The notes under the pieces are model-generated. The model did not search any database. It was not told where the DNA came from and saw only the letters and a list, made by a program, of their open reading frames with translations. This document shows positions 1 through 10,076 of a DNA stretch of 49,576 bases, piece after piece (within the stretch, counting starts at the first letter, position 1; each line of letters begins with the position of its first letter). Source of the DNA: a virus. Lineage: Duplodnaviria > Caudoviricetes. Location: positions 1 through 49,576 of IMG/VR virus record IMGVR_UViG_3300027007_000029; one strand, 5' to 3'. A program made the translations under genes and the position numbers.

Positions 1-1137
1 ATGAATATTGGAGAACCCCGCCGCGACGAACCCGCATACGACTTCCCCATCCTCGCGGAAGAAACCGAAGACGCGCTCGACGAACTCCACGCACGCGCAC
101 GCACAGACTACGAAACGTGGAAGCGAGAGTTTCTGAAATGGCTCTACTACGAAGGCCGAAATCCCGCCCGACAGCGCGGCTACTCCGATCACACCATCCG
201 CGCCACCACATACAAAGTCGACCAGATAATGCGGTGGCTGTGGAACCAACGGGGTTACACGACTGAACTAACTCCCGACGACGCCGACGATCTAATGCAA
301 CAGCTCGGGCGGTACTCAGACTACGGCGACGCGAACCTCAACACGTTCGTCAAAGTAATCAAGCGCATCTTCAAGTTCTACAACCACGAGCGCGGGAAGA
401 ACATCGAGTGGGATTGTGACATAGAGCTCAACGAGCCCAACGTCACCAACCGCGACTACTTCTACAAAGAGGAGTTCCGCCCGCTCTACGAAGCCTCACT
501 CGGCTACGGGACAGTCAGGCACTACAACGCCTGTACCCCGGCGGAACGCGACGCCATCAAAGCCCACCTCGCTCAACGGTTCGAGAAACCCAAAGACGAG
601 ATCGCGCCCGACGACTTCCAGAAAGCAAACACGTTCAAAATTCCCTCGCTCGTCTCCGTCACCCTCGACTGCGGGCTCAGGCCCATCGAGGTCGAACGCG
701 CCAAGACAGGGTGGATCAACTTCAACGACCGCACCCTCGATATTCCCAAAGAGGAATCCAGTAAGAACGAGGACAACTGGAAGTGCGTACTCTCCGATAA
801 GAGCATCCGCGCACTCGACACCTGGATTGAAGAACGCGAGCTGTACGACCGCTACAACGGGACGGACGCCCTCTGGCTGAATAAGCGGGGCAATCCGTAC
901 AACTCGAACTCGCTGAACACCATCCTCTCCCGAATTAAGGCGGAAGCGGGCATCGAGCCGGCGGGCCGCGACCTAACGTGGTACTCAATCCGCCACGGCG
1001 TCGCTACCGTGTGGGTCGACGAGGAGAACCTACACGACGCTCGTGAACAGCTCCGACACAAGAAGATCGAGACCACACTTGGCTACGCTCACTCTAATCA
1101 CCGCAACCGACACGACGTGATTAACAGTAAGTGGTAG
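1..1137 (+). CDS. int: Tyrosine recombinase / integrase
   Basis: Catalytic motifs LDCGLRPIE (R), KEESSKN (K), YSIRH, QLRH, TTLGY (Y). Confidence 0.93.
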   Translation: MNIGEPRRDEPAYDFPILAEETEDALDELHARARTDYETWKREFLKWLYYEGRNPARQRGYSDHTIRATTYKVDQIMRWLWNQRGYTTELTPDDADDLMQQLGRYSDYGDANLNTFVKVIKRIFKFYNHERGKNIEWDCDIELNEPNVTNRDYFYKEEFRPLYEASLGYGTVRHYNACTPAERDAIKAHLAQRFEKPKDEIAPDDFQKANTFKIPSLVSVTLDCGLRPIEVERAKTGWINFNDRTLDIPKEESSKNEDNWKCVLSDKSIRALDTWIEERELYDRYNGTDALWLNKRGNPYNSNSLNTILSRIKAEAGIEPAGRDLTWYSIRHGVATVWVDEENLHDAREQLRHKKIETTLGYAHSNHRNRHDVINSKW

Positions 1138-1146
1138 TTACACTCC

Positions 1147-1166
1147 ACCTCGGAAACGGTGGATAC
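1147..1166. terminator. Hairpin between the convergent int and 82-aa ORF
   Basis: TCCACC-tcggaaac-GGTGGA just after the int stop codon. Confidence 0.35.
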
Positions 1167-1195
1167 GGTTCCACTAATCCTTCAACATAGATGGA

Positions 1196-1444
1196 TTACT
1201 GGATATTGGCCTCTGCAAACGCCTCGGCTTCCCCGAAATCATCGAAGAAATGGGTGTGTTCATCATTCTCGTCCGTTGGGTGCTGGACAGCCCACTCTTT
1301 GTCTGTTACTTCTTCCATCCCTGTTCCCTCAACACGATATACGATCACTTCCTCTCCAGTTTCAGTATCCCTCCAGCCGCTCTTTGCATTCGTGTATTCG
1401 GCTCCTGCAAGCACCTCGTTCGATAGTTGCTTCCAACTGCTCAT
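1196..1444 (-). CDS. Small acidic hypothetical protein
   Basis: 82 aa, halophilic D/E-rich composition, ATG start. Confidence 0.7.
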   Translation of the reverse strand: MSSWKQLSNEVLAGAEYTNAKSGWRDTETGEEVIVYRVEGTGMEEVTDKEWAVQHPTDENDEHTHFFDDFGEAEAFAEANIQ

Positions 1445-1638
1445 ATTTGTGGATTATCTCGGGCGAACATAATACCACATCGTTGTCCTTGAGAATTATC
1501 GTGTGACACCTCGGACTACTCCTTAACGAGACTACACCGGAAGGAGAATACATCCCGGCGGGAGCTTCCGCCGTGATCTCCTAAGCAGTAGTCTCCTTAT
1601 ATATACTACCAGTAGACTGCTACATAGCGCACGCGAGG

Positions 1639-1953
1639 CTACCGGAAATTGTCGGATCTCAGCCCCTCTCCGAGAAGATCGTCGAGGGAGGGACCACGGT
1701 ACACAATTTCGGCGGAAGCGGGCGAGCCACGAGACTGTTCTTCCGACGCTTCAGATTCACTCTCTGTGGGGTCCGTATCCTCAACCAGTCGAGAAGCGCG
1801 TTCAAAACCGAGAACGGCCTCAGCCTTCTGGTGGATACGCTTCGCGGCGCTCTCGTCGGGGTAGCGAAATCGGTCGTCCTCAATGGCTTTCGAGGTGAGT
1901 TCCATAATGACAATCAGTTCCCGCGTCCCGAGCTCAACGGTGTGCATCGGCAT
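1639..1953 (-). CDS. Hypothetical protein
   Basis: 104 aa, acidic; TTAAATA TATA-like box upstream (~1977-1983). Confidence 0.6.
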   Translation of the reverse strand: MPMHTVELGTRELIVIMELTSKAIEDDRFRYPDESAAKRIHQKAEAVLGFERASRLVEDTDPTESESEASEEQSRGSPASAEIVYRGPSLDDLLGEGLRSDNFR

Positions 1954-2058
1954 TACCTGAGAGGACGCTGATTCAGTATTTAAGCACGCCGCTGATTCTA
2001 TTTTCTGAAAAAGCTGAGTTAGCTGCTTAGCGTGCGTGCTTACACACTCGAACTCAGA

Positions 2059-5000
2059 TCAGTCATCAAGTTCCACCCGACTCACAGCCTCATTTGGAAG
2101 TTGGCTTTGATCCTCATCTCTCAGCGACCGACCATACTCCGTGTCAAGTTGCTTCACGTACTCAATCTCCTCTTCGTTCAAACCGAACATCGGGCCGAAT
2201 AATTCATCCACTTGATCCACTATCGGCTTCAACTCGGCTACGCCTTGGATCTCTCCGCTGACGTTGATCTCCGGATGGAAACGCTCCTCGATACCTGTCC
2301 AAAGCTTGTTTGTTAGATCCTCAATCTTCTCCTCGTTCTCCTGAAGATCCCCCATATCCGGGAACGGGAACGATCTTACAAGCTTCCAAGAAACGTGTTG
2401 CTGATCACCGTAAGTCATCCAGTGATTATAGAACAGGGATGACTGCATCAACAAGAATGTCGCATACCGCTCCAGCTCAGAACTGAAATGCATCGGCTTG
2501 GTCTCCCTCGACCTGTCTTCCTCACTCCAAAGACTCTCCAACAAGGGGTTAATCCAGTACCGAGCACCTTCCTTCCTCCAAACCTTGTGCTCCGTCTTTT
2601 GATCCACCTCCTTATCACGGATCGTGGTATCAGAGGCTTCGGATAGTTTCTCTAAGATGGTTCGTGCAGTCTCCGTTCCTACTTTCGGCATGGACTTATC
2701 GCTGCTTTCACCGATAGAACCGCCGCCGATTGTCTCACCGAGAACAAGGTCATCAATTCGGCAATAATCGATGTTTTCCAGTCTCTGTTTCCGATCCTCA
2801 TCACTGAACAAGATAAACCGGCTAGTCCGAATATCATCATCTGGCTCTTTAGCTTTCTGACCTGTGATAACCGCTGCAAGAGCCTCTGAGCCAGCAAAGA
2901 TGTACGAAGGCCGCCAGCCGAAGCACGCTATCTGCGTATCTGTCAACTTTTTATTCAAGATATCGCGGCTGACGTACGCCTTGCTATCGTAAATAAGTCG
3001 AAGCGTGATCACGTTCCCAAAGACACCGCCATCACCGAGTAACTGCAACTGTCGTTCCAAGAATTGAGCGGCTATATCCCGGATATCTCCAGTCCGATAA
3101 CCGGCAGTGAAACGTCGTTCCAGTCCGGTGACAAGATCTCCGTACGGCGGGTTGCCGACAACGATATCAAAGTCAACCGAGTACTCCGTACCTTCCTTAA
3201 CGACTACTTCAGGGAACTCCACAATCCAGTGGAAAGCTTCGTGCGAAAGCTCGCCGTACTCTTCCAACTCCTGCAGATCATATCTTGTCGGCCGACGCTC
3301 TAACTCCAGTTTGAACCCTTCTTCAATCAGAGACCGTAACTCATCCATTTTCCCACGGAGATCCTCTCCATCCAACCTCCCGCTTTTCTTGTACGCTGTG
3401 AAACCAATTCCCTCCAATTTTTCACTGTCTCGTTCTGAAAGATTTGCACCGTCCTTACGTCGAGCTCGGGCAGCGTCTATAACCGGATAAAGCGACTCTA
3501 AATCCTCTGTCAAACCATCAAATTTTTCGACAGTTTTCACTTCATCCTCGAAGTAGTGATTAAGATTCTCAGCGTAGAAGTGGCGAATTTCTGGTCTGAG
3601 ATCGTCAATTCGCATATCTAATTCCCGTCGGTTGATCTTCCCCTCTCTGTACTGGTCGCGCACATCCTGAATTCCGCTTAGGTCAACGTCGAAAGCCTGT
3701 AGCATCGACTGGCCGCTGCTGATCGCCGGAAGACCGACCAGAGAGTTCCCTGGTACGATGTTAACATCGATATTCGGTAATCGGCCGAACTCCTCGCTCC
3801 AACCTTCCTCCACCATTTTAAGCCAGACACGGAGCTTTGCAATTTCAATTGCTATAGGATTCACATCCACCCCGTAGATCGTGTTCAAAACCAAATCTTT
3901 TTTCGCTGAATACACGTCTTTTTTGTCTAAGTCGCCGCCTTTCATACCTCTCAGCAGCGACATCCTGACCCGGTGAATTTCGTCCAAAACAGCGGTGAGG
4001 AAGTGACCTGATCCGCAGGCAGGATCAACGATTTTCAGCTCACCCAGGCGGTCGTACGCCTCTTCAAGTGCGTCAGGATCGGTGAAGTATCCTTGACGTT
4101 GTTCAATTTCTCGAAGCATCTCCCCAAGATCATAGTCTCCGACAAGCTCCTGAGCCTGCTCCTCATCCATATTTGAGGCTTCAGCAACACGGCTGCTGTA
4201 CGTGTCGACAAGAATTTCGTAGATTTTTGGATCGACTGACTGCTCGGTAATCAACCGTATTACGTCGCTCGGGGTGTAGTATGCACCCTCTTTTTTCTGT
4301 GATTGACCGCCGCTGATATGGTTGATCGTCATCTCGAAAACGTTGCCGAGGACAGCCGGATCTAACGTGTGGTTCCCATTATCCTCGCTTAGCTCGTGGC
4401 CCTCCACGAGATCTTGAACGACAGTTTCCAGCATCCGGTCGTCAACATCGTATCCTCGTTCCTGTTCTTCAGGTGCGAACAGGCTTCCGTTCAGGTAGGG
4501 TACTTCGTCGAACCAGTCCCCGCGATGCTTGGATATTCTGTCGTTTTCCTTAGTGTTGAACAGACTGAAGAACAACGGTTCCAGCTGCGATTTGTATAGA
4601 CCACCGCCGAACCGATCTACCTGATTTTGAGCGTCTTGGAAGTTGTTTACACGTTCATTGAGGAAGCTCTCAGGGATAACATCGCCTTCTAAGAACTTGA
4701 CAAAGAGCAGTCTGTTCACCAGTTTGATAGCGAATTTTCTTTTGTCTGTTTCAGTTGCATCTTCAGGAGCCTGAATGTCTGCGAGAAGAGTTGTGTCATA
4801 ACTGTAGCTTCCGGACCCCTCACCAAACAAGAGTTCCACGTAGAGATCGTAGAATTCCTCAATTCCGGCCTTCTTTTTCGACCGGATGATCCTCGGTGCT
4901 TCCTGTGTGAGAAGTGTGTTAAAATCTTCTCGATTGAAAGTTTCGTAGAACAGCTCGGCTTTTGCTTGTACGTCAACCTCGGAAATACCGGATTGAGTTA

Positions 5001-5502
5001 TGTAGTTTTTCTTATTGGCGATTTGAATGAGTTCTTGACGGAAACTGATCGGTGTTGGATCAACAGCTGTGTAGTCTAGGTAGTCGCCGCCGAGTTCGAT
5101 CCGGAGTACGGTCCAAGTAACGCCATCTGTGGCTATACCGTACTCTGAGCCCTGTGAAGCCGCCCGATTGTTCAGGTACTGTTCGATATCGTCTTCTGCT
5201 TCTTCCGATCCGTTTATCGATTTGTCCTCACCGATTACCTTTACGTCGAGATTGGTTATGCCGAAGTCTGGATAGCCTTCTCCGCCGCCGTGGATCTCTG
5301 GCTCCCATTCTAGACCTACTGCGTCGATAAGTGGACGGATCAAGTGGTGCCGAAGCCATGGTTCCGGCTGACTTCCGAGCTCTGCTGTAACCGGCCTGTA
5401 ATCACCTCTCAGAGTTCGTTCTAGTTTCTGAGGATCAAGTTTGCCGTGGAGATCATCAACGAAATCTTCTAGGATAGAACATATTTCACCTGAAGCCGAC
5501 AT
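2059..5502 (-). CDS. Type IIG restriction-modification enzyme (Eco57I-like; nuclease plus N6-adenine methyltransferase plus target recognition domain)
   Basis: N-terminal YPDF...EDK and ATDG (HsdR-N/PD-(D/E)XK); GAYYTP; DPACGSGHF (SAM binding); GVDVNP; FDIVVGNPPY. Confidence 0.92.
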   Translation of the reverse strand: MSASGEICSILEDFVDDLHGKLDPQKLERTLRGDYRPVTAELGSQPEPWLRHHLIRPLIDAVGLEWEPEIHGGGEGYPDFGITNLDVKVIGEDKSINGSEEAEDDIEQYLNNRAASQGSEYGIATDGVTWTVLRIELGGDYLDYTAVDPTPISFRQELIQIANKKNYITQSGISEVDVQAKAELFYETFNREDFNTLLTQEAPRIIRSKKKAGIEEFYDLYVELLFGEGSGSYSYDTTLLADIQAPEDATETDKRKFAIKLVNRLLFVKFLEGDVIPESFLNERVNNFQDAQNQVDRFGGGLYKSQLEPLFFSLFNTKENDRISKHRGDWFDEVPYLNGSLFAPEEQERGYDVDDRMLETVVQDLVEGHELSEDNGNHTLDPAVLGNVFEMTINHISGGQSQKKEGAYYTPSDVIRLITEQSVDPKIYEILVDTYSSRVAEASNMDEEQAQELVGDYDLGEMLREIEQRQGYFTDPDALEEAYDRLGELKIVDPACGSGHFLTAVLDEIHRVRMSLLRGMKGGDLDKKDVYSAKKDLVLNTIYGVDVNPIAIEIAKLRVWLKMVEEGWSEEFGRLPNIDVNIVPGNSLVGLPAISSGQSMLQAFDVDLSGIQDVRDQYREGKINRRELDMRIDDLRPEIRHFYAENLNHYFEDEVKTVEKFDGLTEDLESLYPVIDAARARRKDGANLSERDSEKLEGIGFTAYKKSGRLDGEDLRGKMDELRSLIEEGFKLELERRPTRYDLQELEEYGELSHEAFHWIVEFPEVVVKEGTEYSVDFDIVVGNPPYGDLVTGLERRFTAGYRTGDIRDIAAQFLERQLQLLGDGGVFGNVITLRLIYDSKAYVSRDILNKKLTDTQIACFGWRPSYIFAGSEALAAVITGQKAKEPDDDIRTSRFILFSDEDRKQRLENIDYCRIDDLVLGETIGGGSIGESSDKSMPKVGTETARTILEKLSEASDTTIRDKEVDQKTEHKVWRKEGARYWINPLLESLWSEEDRSRETKPMHFSSELERYATFLLMQSSLFYNHWMTYGDQQHVSWKLVRSFPFPDMGDLQENEEKIEDLTNKLWTGIEERFHPEINVSGEIQGVAELKPIVDQVDELFGPMFGLNEEEIEYVKQLDTEYGRSLRDEDQSQLPNEAVSRVELDD

Positions 5503-5577
5503 GGATATCTCACTTATTCACTGGCCGGAACTTAACGGCTTCCTCTGAACGAACCATCTCTAATTGACTATTGCTAG

Positions 5578-6444
5578 TCAGTGATTTCGATGTCTGAAAT
5601 TCTCGCCCACGTAATCAAGGTAGTCCGGGTGGAGGTAGCCCGGAACCTCCTCACCGGGGCCGAGGCAATACTTCTCGCGGAGCTCTGGCTTTCGGCAATC
5701 GAGGCGACGGTTCCGCGGTTTCACCCGCGACAGCTGCCGATCTCGATTCAGCTCCCGGCGAAGATTGCGGTAGGTGCGTTCGAGGGAACCGTAGTACCCG
5801 GCGTCGTACTCCCGCCAGCCTTCCGCCGTCCACACGCTCCCGAAGCCCGCCGCCCGGAGCGGAGACGCAGTATCCACGCTTTCAACGGGGACGCCGTACT
5901 TCAGCACCTCAATGTGCCTGTTCGGGGAGCCACCAAGCAGGTGTACCCCCCGGCAGTCTCGGTAGTCGATTAGAGGCCACGGGGGGTCTCCGAAGCGGGG
6001 CTGACACGGGAATCCCACCCTGAATCGTGGCGGAACGGCCCGCGGCTCTATGGCCTTCGGAACGACGACGACGGTCTCGGCGTACTCGGCCAGCTCGTCA
6101 GCGAGGGCAAATACTTCCTCGGCATCGAGGGTGCCGTCAACGTCGGGCGCGACCGCAATCCGGGGTTCCTCGTCGGCTACTCGGTGAAGGTGCCCTCGCC
6201 ACACAGCCTCGAAGTCGTGGTCCTCCAGTTTCGTGAACGGCCAGTCTACGAACGCCACCGGGATGAAGTCGGGGGGCCGCTTCGCCATAGACTCTATCCC
6301 GACATACCCGCCGACGCGGTAGGCCGTCTCAGCGGCCTTCGCGGAGCCGTTCGCCGTCATAATCACCAGCCGCTCCGGGCCGCTCGGAGTCGGTGTTCGC
6401 TGTACCTGTCGCTGATCGAATAGGGTGGTCTGCCTCGTAGCCAT
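5578..6444 (-). CDS. Putative TGT/DpdA-like TIM-barrel protein (possible base-exchange enzyme)
   Basis: FVD..F, APDV, VVVVPK, GVHLLGGSP and VESVDTAS recall the HLLG...SxD core of tRNA-guanine transglycosylase-fold proteins. Confidence 0.5.
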   Translation of the reverse strand: MATRQTTLFDQRQVQRTPTPSGPERLVIMTANGSAKAAETAYRVGGYVGIESMAKRPPDFIPVAFVDWPFTKLEDHDFEAVWRGHLHRVADEEPRIAVAPDVDGTLDAEEVFALADELAEYAETVVVVPKAIEPRAVPPRFRVGFPCQPRFGDPPWPLIDYRDCRGVHLLGGSPNRHIEVLKYGVPVESVDTASPLRAAGFGSVWTAEGWREYDAGYYGSLERTYRNLRRELNRDRQLSRVKPRNRRLDCRKPELREKYCLGPGEEVPGYLHPDYLDYVGENFRHRNH

Positions 6445-6454
6445 AGGGTTCAGG

Positions 6455-6766
6455 TTAGTCGTTTTCCGCTCGCTTCAGCGCCATCCGAGCGTACCGCACC
6501 GCGTACCGGAAGTCGGTGTTAATCTTCTCGCCCCGCCGATACCACGGAGCGTCAACGGCGACAAGAGACCCGCACCGACTACACCCCGTCCCATCGTTGG
6601 CCGCCACGCGAAACTCTCGCGGTGGAGCCCAACAAAACGGGCAGGAGTACCGCCGCTCTGGATAGAGGGGGAAGGCGGCGACTGCACGGGCGTTCAGCTC
6701 CCGCTCGGCTTCAGCGGCCTCCGACTTCCGCCCCAAGTCTGCAAACGTGATCTGCTTCGAGGCCAT
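6455..6766 (-). CDS. Zinc-ribbon protein
   Basis: CPFC...CSRC; translationally coupled to its upstream neighbour. Confidence 0.7.
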   Translation of the reverse strand: MASKQITFADLGRKSEAAEAERELNARAVAAFPLYPERRYSCPFCWAPPREFRVAANDGTGCSRCGSLVAVDAPWYRRGEKINTDFRYAVRYARMALKRAEND

Positions 6767-6894
6767 TACTCTTTCTCCACGTCAACCGACCACCCCGCCT
6801 GCCGGAGAGTCGCCGCGTGCCGTTCCGCCTCGTTCCTGGTGGGAAACTCAGCGACGGTGCTTCCCGATCCTTTCCGTACAACGCAGTACGTCAT
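6766..6894 (-). CDS. 42-aa small protein (not in ORF track)
   Basis: MTYCVVRKGSGSTVAEFPTRNEAERHAATLRQAGWSVDVEKE; ATGA overlap with the polB stop and TAATG overlap with the next gene. Confidence 0.65.
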   Translation of the reverse strand: MTYCVVRKGSGSTVAEFPTRNEAERHAATLRQAGWSVDVEKE

Positions 6895-9332
6895 AGGAAG
6901 CTCCCGAGGCCAGTCTGATACTGATTCAGAATCGCGGTTTCAATGTCGACGCCGACGGCTTCCACGATGGGGCCAATCGGCTTCTCAATGAGCGTTTCGA
7001 CCATCCGTTTGGTATCAATGCGGAGGCCGTCGGGCAGAACCTCGGGGTCGTCGAAGCAAAGCACCTCTATCGACTCGTCCAGCTCAGCGAAGTACGTCGG
7101 CTGGAGGTAGACACGCTTCGGCTTCGAGTTCTCCCCGAAGTTCGTTCCGAGGAGCCGATTCGAGTTAATGGCTCCAGCAACCTGCGCGGTCGGTCGCTCG
7201 TAGGCCGCCAGCGGCTTCTTAATGCCCTGCGGGATACCAATAGCGTTCCAGTCGGGAGTCCCCGTACTCAACGCCTGCGCCGCCTTGTAGATCATCGTAC
7301 TCAGCGTCGCCGTGTCTCCATCGCGGAGAATCGACTCGACGACCGCCGTCTGAAGCTCGCTCGTGAACGGAGCTACGTCGGAGCGGTTCGTGTGAAGGCC
7401 GACCTTCTTGATTTCGTCCGTCTCTTTGCCGTTCTTCCACGTTACGTGTAGGGCGTACCGTTTTTTCTTGCCGTACTGGAAGAACCGAGGAGAGTAGGAC
7501 TCAACCTCAATACGCCAGCGGCAATCGCGGGTTCCCATATTGTATTCGACCGAGAACTCAGCGTATGCCGTCTCGTTGAGAGCGTCAGCCACGCGGTTCG
7601 CCTCGTCCAGCGCCTCGACACAATTATTTGCGCCAGAGAACGCTACGTAATTTGAGTCCGTATCTCCATAGATCACGCGACCCGCGGTGTTCGCCTCGAC
7701 GTAGCGGGACGTGAACTTGATAACTTCCTGTCCCATCGTTGTGACGGCCTCCGCGGTCGCCTCGTCGTAGAGGAAGAAGTATTCCCACCCCATAGTGCCG
7801 TACAGACTGTTAACTATCGTTTTCCTTACATCATATTCTTCGCTGAAACGAAGGTACTCAGCGGTGTTTGGCGTGAGCGAGTTACGCTTTTCCTTCGCCT
7901 CCGCTTTGAGCGACAGCGCCTCGTCGACGAGTTCGGTCATTACACCGAGCCGATCAAGGCGGAAGGCGGCTCCGTTCGGGGCGTGCGTGAACGGGCCTTT
8001 GAACGTTTCCGGGTCAACGCGGCACTCCGGGCTCGCGTTCAGCATCCACATCGTGTTGGGATACAGCGATTCCAGGTCCATCCCGACGACGTGCTCAGCG
8101 ACGCCGTAGTACGGATCGTGGACGTGGCCGCCCTCGTACTGTTTCTCCTTCTTTTCGTAGACGGTGGTCGGGCCGATCAGCCCCTTCTCGTGGAGCTTCC
8201 GCCGGACCATCATCTCGATGAAGTCGTTGTTATTCTCCGCATCACCGAAGTCAGCGCCGACTGCGTTCGCCAGCGCCGCCCGGAACGCGATAATTCCGAG
8301 CTTATCGTTGAGAGCGACGACGAGCCGAACGTCGTGGAAGTTGTAACGCAGGAGCTTATCGACGTTTGACTCCCACATCTCGTAGATGCCCTCGCCGGAG
8401 TGGTCGAGCTTCCGCTCTCTGAGTTCTTCCGCCGCGACCGCGTTGAGGGAGTACGACGGGAGCTCGCCACGCTTCGTCGATTTATAGGCGTCAAGCATAT
8501 CGTAGATCACGCGGCCCGCGATGTGCGGGCGACCCGTCTTCGACATACCTGCCCACCCATCGCGAGCGAGTCGGGAGGCGTCGACGCTGAGTTTCTTCAT
8601 CCGTTCGAGGATGTATGGTGCGTCGAAACCGATGTTCCACGCCGTCAGCACGTCGGGATTTACACCGGAAACGTACTGTGCGAAGCCCGCCAGCATCTCT
8701 ACCTCTGTCTCGTAGTAGTCGAGCGCGTCCAGGCCCTCGGGGAGACCATCAGGAAGTGCCTCACCGACCGGGCGACCATTGAGCCACACGAAGCCGCGGT
8801 ATTCACCGGACTGACTATCGTGGCTGACGAGGCTGAGAACCGGGCGCTCCCCCGGCTTCGGGAAACTCCCTCGGTCGTCGGTCTCAATGTCGAACGTCAG
8901 CACGGAGAAGTCCGTGGTAAAGTCGACAGGTTCTACGGCGGAAGCGGCGATCTCGGTTGCTCCGTCGGGAACGCGAATCCCCGTGTAAAGCTCTAAGTCA
9001 ATCAGGGCGCGGTTCTCGTACCACACGTCAGTCTCGAAGTTGGCCGAGAACAGCTCGCGGAGCTCGCGGGTCGCGTTCGTCGTCGTCACCTCAATTCGGC
9101 TCACGTCGTCGCCAAACAGCGAGGTGTACCCGTGTTCAATGGAGACGACGTGCTCGCGGCGCTCGAAGTCCACGAGGCCGTTCAGCTCCGAAGTCAGCAC
9201 GTAGAAGTATGGATTGAATCCCGTCACCTCTACCGTGTGAGCGTTCATCTCGGCGTCGCGTCCGTGAATACGAAGCCGGGTCTCGTTTCTGTCCGTTACT
9301 CGTTCTGTGTTCGTGATATACAGGTCTGTCAT
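6891..9332 (-). CDS. polB: Family B DNA polymerase with 3'-5' exonuclease
   Basis: FDIET, AWNIGFD, DLESLYP, KTIVNSLYG, YGDTDS, KKRY; C-terminal PIP box QTGLGSFL; no intein. Confidence 0.97.
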   Translation of the reverse strand: MTDLYITNTERVTDRNETRLRIHGRDAEMNAHTVEVTGFNPYFYVLTSELNGLVDFERREHVVSIEHGYTSLFGDDVSRIEVTTTNATRELRELFSANFETDVWYENRALIDLELYTGIRVPDGATEIAASAVEPVDFTTDFSVLTFDIETDDRGSFPKPGERPVLSLVSHDSQSGEYRGFVWLNGRPVGEALPDGLPEGLDALDYYETEVEMLAGFAQYVSGVNPDVLTAWNIGFDAPYILERMKKLSVDASRLARDGWAGMSKTGRPHIAGRVIYDMLDAYKSTKRGELPSYSLNAVAAEELRERKLDHSGEGIYEMWESNVDKLLRYNFHDVRLVVALNDKLGIIAFRAALANAVGADFGDAENNNDFIEMMVRRKLHEKGLIGPTTVYEKKEKQYEGGHVHDPYYGVAEHVVGMDLESLYPNTMWMLNASPECRVDPETFKGPFTHAPNGAAFRLDRLGVMTELVDEALSLKAEAKEKRNSLTPNTAEYLRFSEEYDVRKTIVNSLYGTMGWEYFFLYDEATAEAVTTMGQEVIKFTSRYVEANTAGRVIYGDTDSNYVAFSGANNCVEALDEANRVADALNETAYAEFSVEYNMGTRDCRWRIEVESYSPRFFQYGKKKRYALHVTWKNGKETDEIKKVGLHTNRSDVAPFTSELQTAVVESILRDGDTATLSTMIYKAAQALSTGTPDWNAIGIPQGIKKPLAAYERPTAQVAGAINSNRLLGTNFGENSKPKRVYLQPTYFAELDESIEVLCFDDPEVLPDGLRIDTKRMVETLIEKPIGPIVEAVGVDIETAILNQYQTGLGSFL

Positions 9333-9421
9333 TGGTCTTTGTCTTGGTCTTGGGTTCAGGATTGAGGAAATCGCATAGCCGCCGCTGGTTGGTCAGAGCC
9401 AACGGGCAGAAATGGGGAGAA

Positions 9422-10048
9422 TTAGAGGTGGGGGGAGCCGCCGTCGGTTCGGAGCTCGTCGAGAACTCCGTCTCTGTTCATCTCTTTACGTACATCTTCA
9501 CTCAGCAAGATAGCGTCAGAAGCAGACAGCCATCCGTCTATCTGCACGTTATTGAGCTTCGTGATAAGGTATCGCTTATCAGGCGTCTGTTTGTATTTCG
9601 CCAGAAGCGCGGTGGCTCTCGGAACGATCTCAGAGTACGGGAGCTGGTAGTAGTCTACCAGCCACCGATCACCCCCCTCATCATCGTATGCTTCGACAGC
9701 GACAACGCAACTCATCTGGCTGTTCGGGGGCCGATGGACAGAGACGGACAGCGGAGGGGTAAACGTCCAGTTCCCGTCCTCTTTGTGAACCCGCTCCAGA
9801 ACCATCTCGGGCTCCGGGGCCTGTTCTATCAGGGATTCCGATAACCCCTCGCACAGCGGAGACAGGGGGAGCAATCCTTGCGGCTTTCCGTCAAACTCGG
9901 TGGCGGCGTTCAGTTCTTCAACTGAGAAGCACGCCCGAGGATACGGTAATTGTGGGCTATTCATTTGGCACCGCATCTCCCTATGATAATGTTGGCTATA
10001 TGGCTTGTGCCACCATAATGAAAGTGAAACTGAACGTGTCAGTACCAC
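9422..10048 (-). CDS. Hypothetical protein (true start probably ~9964-9976)
   Basis: Open frame between the nuclease and polB; acidic C-terminal two-thirds. Confidence 0.55.
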   Translation of the reverse strand: MVLTRSVSLSLWWHKPYSQHYHREMRCQMNSPQLPYPRACFSVEELNAATEFDGKPQGLLPLSPLCEGLSESLIEQAPEPEMVLERVHKEDGNWTFTPPLSVSVHRPPNSQMSCVVAVEAYDDEGGDRWLVDYYQLPYSEIVPRATALLAKYKQTPDKRYLITKLNNVQIDGWLSASDAILLSEDVRKEMNRDGVLDELRTDGGSPHL

Positions 10049-10076
10049 TCTATCACATTATTCTACGTTGAGAGAT

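Noticed and set aside
6891-9332. Intein in PolB (or in TerL)
   Set aside because: Lengths and motif spacing are normal; no intein splice-junction motifs seen
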